Source: a virus
Taxonomy: Duplodnaviria > Heunggongvirae > Uroviricota > Caudoviricetes
Strand: one strand, 5' to 3'
Virus record (IMG/VR): IMGVR_UViG_2585427776_000014
DNA length: 15,553 nt
The notes below the pieces were generated by a model. The model saw nothing but the letters and a program-made list of their open reading frames with translations. It had not been told where the DNA came from and ran no database searches. Every line of letters begins with the position of its first letter. Positions within the stretch are counted from its first letter, which is position 1. Positions 8,592-15,553 of this stretch are shown here, piece after piece. A program made the position numbers and the translations under genes.

Positions 8592-8759
8592 GAGGTTGCC
8601 CCGTATTCAGTGTCGCTGATTTGTATTGTCTGAAGTTGTTTTTACGTTAAGTTGATGCAGATCAATTAATATGATACCTGCGTCATAATTGATTATTTGA
8701 CGTGGTTTGATGGCGTAGATGCACGTTGTGACATGCAGATGATAATTATTATCATTTTG

Positions 8760-8960
8760 CGGGTCCTTTCCGGCGATCCGACAGGTTACGGGGCGGCGAC
8801 CTCGCGGGTTTTCGCTATTTATGAAAATTTTCCGGTTTAAGGCATTTCCGTTCTTCTTCGTCGTAACTTAATGTTTTTATTTAAAATACCCCCTGAAAAG
8901 AAAGGAAACGACAGGTGCTGAAAACGAGCTTTTGGGCCTCTGTCGTTTCCTTTCTCTGTT
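8760..8960 (+). other. Lambda-type cos site: cosQ region, cosN with the 12-nt cohesive end GGGCGGCGACCT (8791-8802), and cosB (R3, I1, R2, R1)
   Basis: ...CGACAGGTTACG|GGGCGGCGACCTCGCGGGTTTTCGCTATTTATGAAAATTTTCCGG... matches the joined right and left ends of phage lambda as I recall them. Nu1-binding repeats: R3 about 8843-8860, R2 about 8901-8914, R1 about 8940-8954, directly upstream of the Nu1 homolog. Confidence 0.85.
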
Positions 8961-8979
8961 TTTGGCCGTGGAATGAACA

Positions 8980-9525
8980 ATGGAAGTCAACAAAAAGCAG
9001 CTGGCTGACATTTTCGGTGCGAGTATCCGTACCATTCAGAACTGGCAGGAACAGGGAATGCCCGTTCTGCGAGGCGGTGGCAAGGGTAATGAGGTGCTTT
9101 ATGACTCTGCCGCCGTTATAAGATGGTATGCCGAAAGGGATGCTGAAATTGAGAACGAAAAGCTGCGCCGGGAAGTTGAAGAACTGCGGCAGGCCAGCGA
9201 GACAGATCTCCAGCCAGGGACTATTGAGTACGAACGCCATCGACTTACGCGTGCGCAGGCCGACGCACAGGAGCTGAAAAATGCCAGAGACTCCGCTGAA
9301 GTGGTGGAAACCGCATTCTGTACTTTCGTGCTGTCGCGGATCGCAGGTGAAATTGCCAGTATTCTCGACGGGATCTCCCTGTCGGTGCAGCGGCGTTTTC
9401 CGGAACTGGAAAACCGACATGTTGATTTCCTGAAACGGGATATCATCAAAGCCATGAACAAAGCAGCCGCGCTGGATGAACTGATACCGGGGTTGCTGAG
9501 TGAATATATCGAACAGTCAGGTTAA
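8980..9525 (+). CDS. nohA: Terminase small subunit (lambda Nu1 homolog), 181 aa
   Basis: MEVNKKQLADIFGASIRTIQNWQEQGMPVLRGGGKGNEV... is near-identical to lambda gpNu1 as recalled, with a winged-HTH N-terminus. Its 3' end overlaps the start of the A gene, as in lambda. Confidence 0.95.
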   Translation: MEVNKKQLADIFGASIRTIQNWQEQGMPVLRGGGKGNEVLYDSAAVIRWYAERDAEIENEKLRREVEELRQASETDLQPGTIEYERHRLTRAQADAQELKNARDSAEVVETAFCTFVLSRIAGEIASILDGISLSVQRRFPELENRHVDFLKRDIIKAMNKAAALDELIPGLLSEYIEQSG

Positions 9526-10717
9526 CAGGCTGCGGCATTTTGTCCGCGCCGGGCTTCGCTCACTGTTCAGGCCGGAGCCACAGACCGCCGTTGAATGGGC
9601 GGATGCTAATTACTATCTCCCGAAAGAATCCGCATACCAGGAAGGGCGCTGGGAAACACTGCCCTTTCAGCGGGCCATCATGAATGCGATGGGCAGCGAC
9701 TACATCCGTGAGGTGAATGTGGTGAAGTCTGCCCGTGTCGGTTATTCCAAAATGCTGCTGGGTGTTTATGCCTACTTTATAGAGCATAAGCAGCGCAACA
9801 CCCTTATCTGGTTGCCGACGGATGGTGATGCCGAGAACTTTATGAAAACCCACGTTGAGCCGACCATCCGCGATATTCCGTCGCTGCTGGCGCTGGCTCC
9901 GTGGTATGGCAAAAAGCACCGGGATAACACGCTCACTATGAAGCGTTTTTCCAATGGTCGTGGCTTCTGGTGCCTGGGCGGTAAAGCGGCAAAAAACTAC
10001 CGTGAAAAGTCGGTGGATGTGGCGGGTTATGATGAACTTGCTGCCTTTGATGAGGATATTGAACAGGAAGGCTCTCCGACGTTCCTTGGCGACAAACGTA
10101 TTGAAGGCTCGGTCTGGCCAAAGTCCATCCGTGGCTCCACGCCCAAAGTGAGAGGCACCTGCCAGATTGAGCGTGCAGCCAGTGAATCCCTGCATTTTAT
10201 GCGTTTTCATGTTGCCTGCCCGCACTGCGGGGAGGAGCAGTATCTTAAATTTGGCGACAAAGAGACGCCGTTTGGCCTCAAATGGACGCCGGATGACCCC
10301 TCCAGCGTGTTTTATCTCTGCGAGCATAATGCCTGCGTCATCCGCCAGCAGGAGCTGGACTTTACTGATGCCCGTTATATCTGCGAAAAGACCGGGATCT
10401 GGACCCGTGATGGCATTCTCTGGTTTTCGTCATCCGGTGAAGAGATTGAGCCGCCGGACAGTGTGACCTTTCACATCTGGACGGCGTACAGCCCGTTCAC
10501 CACCTGGGTGCAGATTGTCAAAGACTGGATGAAGACGAAAGGGGATACGGGAAAACGTAAAACCTTCGTGAACACCACGCTCGGTGAGACATGGGAAGCG
10601 AAAATCGGCGAACGTCCGGATGCTGAGGTGATGGCGGAGCGGAAAGAGCATTATTCAGCGCCCGTTCCTGACCGTGTGGCTTATCATCAGTTAATCTGGC
10701 TTCAAAAGGTCGGGTAA
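9500..10717 (+). pseudogene. Terminase large subunit (lambda gpA) fragment, about the first 396 codons, then 10 unrelated codons and a stop
   Basis: MNISNSQVNRLRHFVRAGLRSLFRPEPQTAVEWADANYYLPKESAYQEGRW... tracks lambda A through ...PVPDRVAY, then diverges ([10 protein letters not shown]). Lambda A is about 641 aa, so the nuclease domain is missing. Junction at about 10686. Confidence 0.9.
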
Positions 10718-10767
10718 CCGCGCTGACAGACAATACGCAGGGGGCAGCAGGTCTTGAGTTATACGAG

Positions 10768-11670
10768 GTGTATAACAACGGATATCCAACAGCGTATGGA
10801 AATATCATTCACCTGAAAGGGATGACAGCCGTTGGCGAAGGTGAGTTACTCATCGGCTGGAGTGGTACAAGCGGTGCTCATGCTCCGGCATTTATTCGTT
10901 CACGACGGGATACGACCGACGCAAACTGGTCGCCGTGGGCGCAGCTTTACACCTCGGCTCATCCTCCTGCAGAGTTTTATCCAGTCGGTGCACCAATCCC
11001 GTGGCCATCAGATACCGTTCCGTCTGGTTATGCCCTGATGCAGGGGCAGACTTTTGACAAATCTGCATACCCGAAACTTGCAGTTGCTTATCCGTCAGGC
11101 GTGATCCCTGATATGCGTGGCTGGACGATTAAGGGCAAGCCCGCCAGTGGTCGGGCCGTATTATCTCAGGAACAGGACGGCATTAAATCGCACACCCACA
11201 GCGCCAGCGCATCCAGTACGGATTTGGGGACGAAAACCACATCGTCGTTTGATTACGGAACCAAATCCACGAATAACACCGGGGCGCATACCCATAGTAT
11301 TAGCGGGACCGCAAATAGTGCCGGTGCGCACCAACACAAGAGTTCCGGTGCATTTGGTGGCACGAACACGAGCATTTTCCCTAATGGTTATACCGCGATT
11401 TCAAATCTAAGCGCGGGGATTATGAGCACAACAAGCGGTAGTGGCCAGACTCGTAATGCAGGGAAGACATCATCAGATGGTGCTCATACCCACTCGCTGT
11501 CCGGCACTGCTGCAAGCGCAGGCGCACATGCACATACTGTCGGTATTGGTGCTCATACGCACTCCGTTGCGATTGGTTCACATGGACACACCATCACCGT
11601 TAACGCTGCTGGTAACGCGGAAAACACCGTCAAAAACATCGCATTTAACTATATTGTGAGGCTTGCATAA
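10768..11670 (+). CDS. stfQ: Side tail fibre C-terminal (receptor-binding) fragment; frame is open from 10672 with no canonical start before GTG at 10768
   Basis: 300-aa frame containing seven His-x-His motifs (GAHTHS and variants) typical of T4 gp37/lambda Stf distal tips. It is 5'-truncated by the same deletion that cut the A gene. TAATG overlap with tfaQ at 11668-11672. Confidence 0.75.
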
Positions 11671-12245
11671 TGGCATTCAGAATGAGTGAACAACCACGGA
11701 CCATAAAAATTTATAATCTGCTGGCCGGAACTAATGAATTTATTGGTGAAGGTGATGCATATATTCCGCCTCATACAGGTCTGCCAGCAAACAGTACCGA
11801 TATTGCACCGCCAGATATTCCGGCTGGCTTCGTGGCTGTTTTCAACAGTGATGAGTCATCGTGGCATCTCGTTGAAGATCATCGGGGTAAAACGGTTTAT
11901 GACGTGGCTTCCGGCGACGCGTTATTTATTTCTGAACTCGGTCCGTTACCGGAAAATGTTACCTGGTTATCGCCGGAAGGGGAGTTTCAGAAGTGGAACG
12001 GCACAGCCTGGGTGAAGGATACGGAAGCAGAAAAACTGTTCCGGATCCGGGAGGCGGAAGAAACAAAAAACAACCTGATGCAGGTAGCCAGTGAGCATAT
12101 TGCGCCGCTTCAGGATGCTGCAGATCTGGAAATTGCAACGGAGGAAGAAATCTCGTTGCTGGAAGCATGGAAAAAGTATCGGGTATTGCTGAACCGTGTT
12201 GATACGTCAACTGCACAGGATATTGAATGGCCAGCACTACCGTAG
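11670..12245 (+). CDS. tfaQ: Tail fibre assembly protein (Tfa chaperone), 191 aa
   Basis: Track [51 protein letters not shown]...; Tfa-family N-terminus, position directly after stf. Confidence 0.9.
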
Positions 12246-12342
12246 GGTAAAACATATAAATTCTATAATTAGATGTATCTTTCCATTTACGGCAAGGAAG
12301 GGGGCTTGGAAGACGTAAAGCATCTCACACCGAGATTATTTT

Positions 12343-12933
12343 TTATATGTCAGGTGTCTGAAGTTTTGCTTTGGCTCTTAAAATGGTTTGCCGCGAGGTT
12401 TTGAATTCCCGGGCAATGGCACTTATACTTACACCTGACTTAATTCGTTCGAATACCGCCTGTTTCTGTTCTTCATTTAACACAGGTGGTCGACCAAAAC
12501 GTTTCCCTGCGCCGCGGGCTCTTACTATCCCGGAATGAGTGCGTTCAAGTAAAAGGTCTCGTTCAAATTCAGCGACTGCTGAAATTACTTGCATCATCAT
12601 TTTTCCTGTTGGACTGGTCAGGTCAATGCCCCCCAATGCTAAGCAATGCACTCTGATACCTGTTTCGGTCAGTTGTTCCACTGTTTTCCTGATATCCATT
12701 GCATTACAACCAAGGCGATCCAGTTTTGTCACAATCAATTGATCACCACATTTCAGGCGAGCAAGCAACCGGTTAAAACCAGGACGCTCACTGGTTGCTG
12801 CTGAGCCGCTAATGTGTTCTTCGATTATTTGCTGAGGTTTGATTTTAAAACCTGCACTTTCGATTTCCCGGCGTTGATTTTCGGTGGTCTGATCCAGCGT
12901 TGATATCCGACAGTAAGCAAAAATTTGAGACAT
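12343..12933 (-). CDS. pinQ: Serine recombinase, DNA invertase (Pin/Gin/Hin/Cin family), 196 aa
   Basis: [29 protein letters not shown]...: catalytic Ser in the YxRxSTxxQ motif, resolvase catalytic domain and C-terminal HTH ([20 protein letters not shown]). Confidence 0.95.
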   Translation of the reverse strand: MSQIFAYCRISTLDQTTENQRREIESAGFKIKPQQIIEEHISGSAATSERPGFNRLLARLKCGDQLIVTKLDRLGCNAMDIRKTVEQLTETGIRVHCLALGGIDLTSPTGKMMMQVISAVAEFERDLLLERTHSGIVRARGAGKRFGRPPVLNEEQKQAVFERIKSGVSISAIAREFKTSRQTILRAKAKLQTPDI

Positions 12934-13249
12934 AGTGAGACTCTATACGAAATTGGTGTTCATATCATAATGCATCTCAGAAAATAATTATGATTATTTT
13001 TGTGCATATTTGTATGTACACGTTCGAAAATAAACGAATGCGTATGCAACCCCGTAATTTTGGTGAGACCCAAAATCGATTTTGTGAAAAATGGCTTTAA
13101 CTCGGTTTGTTTTTCGAGTTCCGGGCGGACTCAAGGAAGAAGAATAGTGTTGCGTGTTATTTTAACCAGATTTCAAGTTGTTTGGTCGTGGAAAAGTGGA
13201 GCAAAATGTTGTTAAAGTGGAAAAATGATAAAAAAGTAAGTTTATTATA

Positions 13250-13483
13250 TTACATTTTACCATTTAAATTTTGGTTGTCTTTAAGAACTGATATCGCTGT
13301 TTGTAATAATTCTTTGTTATCCAGCCATGATTTTTTCTTTATGTTTCCTTCAATGTAATCAAGCAATGTTCTGGTATTGATAGGTCTTCCCTGTTTTGCT
13401 ACTTCCACTACAGCATCCCCTAGGATAATTCTTACTTCAGGAAGCTGCGCAGGGAACCACTTTAGGGTGTCTTTTGATTTCAT
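13250..13483 (-). CDS. ydfK: Small prophage protein YdfK (YnaE/YdfK family, cold-shock-induced in K-12), 77 aa
   Basis: Track ORF 13250..13516 (88 aa); the internal Met giving MKSKDTLKWFPAQ... yields 77 aa, the length I recall for ydfK. Confidence 0.75.
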   Translation of the reverse strand: MKSKDTLKWFPAQLPEVRIILGDAVVEVAKQGRPINTRTLLDYIEGNIKKKSWLDNKELLQTAISVLKDNQNLNGKM

Positions 13484-14269
13484 GAAGATATTCCTTAAAA
13501 TATTATTGATTTTCATTGCGATATTGTATGTCTGATTCAGGATATGTTGACTTATACATCGGTTTTGTCTGGGTTATTGGATATGCCAATCCCTAATTTT
13601 ATTAGGGCATGACTAAAAATGCTGAATATGATAAGGAGAGATGTGATTATCAGTATGCTGTTCATATAGCCTCGAATTAGTAATGTGTTATATATGATAT
13701 AGTTGACAATTTTTATCTTGGGTGTTCTTAAAGTTCGTAGATAAACATTGTCGTTTCAGGTATACAGGAATGCTAACAGGTGGCAGCAAAAATCAGGCGG
13801 TTTATGGCGCAAGCTGAAGCGGCAACTGCAAACTATCTTATGCAGAGACTCTACACGGATTGGGTTTAAAAGTATACATAGATAACAGTTTTTATCTGAA
13901 AAAGAAAAATATCAAGGTGATATAGCCTATATGCCTTTGATGCGGAGGAATGAATGTGATGGGAGTGATGTATCTGAATAGTTGAAAAACCGCAGACACG
14001 CCTTATGCAAGAACGTGCTGCGATTGGCTGGTAAATTTTTCGATAGTGTGAGTATTGAATGATTTCCAGCCGTTCTTGATTTTACGCATAAATCCATGAA
14101 AAAACTACTTATCTGTTGGGGAGTTTTTTTGGGGCATATATGGGACAGAAATAGGCCCCAGATAGACACTGAGATCGAACTTAGGATGCTTTTTAAAAAA
14201 ATGCAACTATCTGAAAAAACCTAGAAAACGCCAAGGAAACCACAGGATGGGAAAAAACACCTGTGAATT

Positions 14270-15553
14270 ATGGATTTCCAGTTATATTCGCTCGGCGCAG
14301 CGTTAGTGTTTCATGAAATATTTTTTCCTGAATCATCAACGGCAATGGCGTTAATTCTGGCAATGGGAACCTACGGTGCAGGTTATGTGGCGCGTATTGT
14401 CGGAGCATTTATTTTCGGCAAAATGGGCGACAGAATAGGGCGTAAAAAAGTGCTCTTTATTACCATCACCATGATGGGGATCTGTACCACCTTAATTGGT
14501 GTGTTACCGACCTATGCACAGATTGGTGTTTTTGCACCCATCTTGCTGGTGACGTTGCGTATTATTCAGGGGTTGGGTGCAGGTGCGGAAATTTCCGGTG
14601 CCGGTACGATGCTGGCGGAATATGCGCCAAAAGGTAAGCGCGGAATTATCTCCTCATTTGTGGCTATGGGAACTAACTGCGGAACCTTGAGCGCAACGGC
14701 AATCTGGGCCTTTATGTTCTTCATTCTCAGTAAAGAGGAACTGCTGGTGTGGGGATGGCGTATACCGTTCCTGGCGAGTGTTGTCGTGATGGTCTTTGCT
14801 ATCTGGTTGCGTATGAATCTGAAAGAAAGCCCGGTCTTTGAGAAGGTTAACGACAGTAACCAACCGACAGCAAAACCTGCACCTGCTGGTAGCATGTTCC
14901 AGAGCAAATCCTTCTGGCTGGCAACAGGGCTGCGTTTTGGTCAGGCGGGTAACTCCGGGTTAATTCAGACTTTCCTTGCAGGCTATTTAGTGCAGACGTT
15001 ATTGTTTAACAAAGCAATTCCAACAGATGCATTGATGATCAGTTCGATTCTCGGCTTTATGACCATTCCGTTCCTTGGTTGGTTATCCGATAAAATTGGT
15101 CGCCGGATCCCGTATATTATTATGAATACCTCCGCGATTGTGCTGGCATGGCCAATGCTTTCTATCATTGTAGATAAAAGCTATGCCCCGAGCACCATTA
15201 TGGTTGCACTGATTGTGATTCATAACTGTGCGGTGCTGGGATTATTTGCTCTGGAAAACATTACCATGGCAGAAATGTTCGGCTGTAAAAACCGCTTTAC
15301 CCGGATGGCTATTTCTAAAGAAATTGGTGGTCTTATCGCTTCCGGTTTTGGTCCTATCCTGGCGGGTATTTTCTGCACCATGACGGAATCCTGGTATCCG
15401 ATCGCCATTATGATCATGGCATATTCAGTGATTGGTTTAATCTCTGCGCTGAAAATGCCAGAGGTGAAAGACCGTGATTTAAGTGCGCTGGAAGACGCTG
15501 CGGAAGATCAACCGCGTGTTGTAAGAGCTGCGCAACCTTCCAGAAGTCTGTAA
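14270..15553 (+). pseudogene. ydfJ: MFS transporter of the metabolite:H+ symporter family (ProP/KgtP/ShiA-like), 5'-truncated at the prophage junction; 427-codon intact frame
   Basis: 12-TM-type sequence. The first residues MDFQLYSLGAALVF...FFP align with the conserved EWFDFGVYGF...FFP motif that in family members sits about 30 residues into the protein; a stop codon lies immediately upstream (14264-14266). ORF ends exactly at the window end (TAA 15551-15553). It may still be expressed as a truncated protein. Confidence 0.7.

Noticed and set aside
8881-9420. 179-aa minus-strand ORF overlapping cosB and nohA
   Set aside because: Antisense to the near-identical Nu1 homolog and to the cos repeats; no independent support.
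9560-10327. 255-aa ORF on the minus strand
   Set aside because: Lies entirely antisense to the strongly lambda-like terminase A coding sequence; long antisense frames are expected in GC-balanced coding DNA, and there is no RBS or family resemblance.
10776-10800. gix/hix-like half-site TATCCAACAGC inside stfQ as a Pin crossover site
   Set aside because: Only one half-site resembles the consensus, and no inverted partner was found near pinQ; too weak to call a recombination site.
10832-11659. Three + strand alternate-frame ORFs inside stfQ (10832..11038, 11117..11410, 11441..11659)
   Set aside because: Arg/Pro-rich out-of-frame translations of the His/Gly/Ala-rich tail-fibre repeats.
12539-12742. 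67-aa + strand ORF
   Set aside because: Antisense to the serine-recombinase gene pinQ.
13000-13358. Two + strand ORFs between pinQ and ydfK (71 and 83 aa)
   Set aside because: Lie in the AT-rich pinQ upstream region and overlap the ydfK 3' end; low-complexity, no RBS; more likely the pinQ promoter region.
13927-14230. 80-aa minus ORF and a 44-codon + ORF (14096..14230, MKKLLICWGVFFG...) in the junction region
   Set aside because: No RBS and no recognisable family; the region is probably att/junction DNA. The + ORF is left as a low-priority item only.
14566-15417. Minus-strand ORFs inside ydfJ (14566..14907, 14654..14863, 14983..15168, 15220..15417)
   Set aside because: Antisense to a clearly membrane-transporter coding frame.

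Overview
The window is almost entirely one arm of a defective lambdoid prophage, ending at the prophage-host junction. Gene order and protein sequences match, from my memory, the Qin cryptic prophage of E. coli K-12 or a very close relative, in the reverse orientation to the usual K-12 map. Reading left to right on the + strand: hokD (type I toxin), rem, an unlisted 92-codon ORF, ydfU, the Q antiterminator quuQ with a downstream late-promoter/terminator pair, a divergent cspF/cspB cold-shock pair, a 56-aa zinc-ribbon ORF, a phage-21-type lysis cassette (pinholin essQ, ydfR, SAR endolysin rrrQ, spanins rzpQ/rzoQ), cspI, ynfN, gnsB, ydfO, ynfO, a lambda-type cos site with nohA (Nu1) and a terminase-A gene truncated and fused to a tail-fibre C-terminus (stfQ), tfaQ, the invertase pinQ, ydfK, and finally a 5'-truncated MFS transporter (ydfJ) outside the prophage. 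I find no CRISPR array, tRNA, rRNA or IS element, and no evidence for a wholly new multi-gene system; this looks like a well-studied region. The items most worth a second look are small or unlisted ORFs and structural scars: a start-less paralog of the zinc-ribbon ORF sitting in the cspI 3' region, an 11-codon ORF behind a perfect Shine-Dalgarno, the 92-codon ORF coupled to ydfU, four DnaJ-like CxxCxGxG repeats in Q, and a late promoter whose read-through would be antisense to cspF. All gene symbols, lambda/phage-21 comparisons and family assignments are from memory, not from any search.
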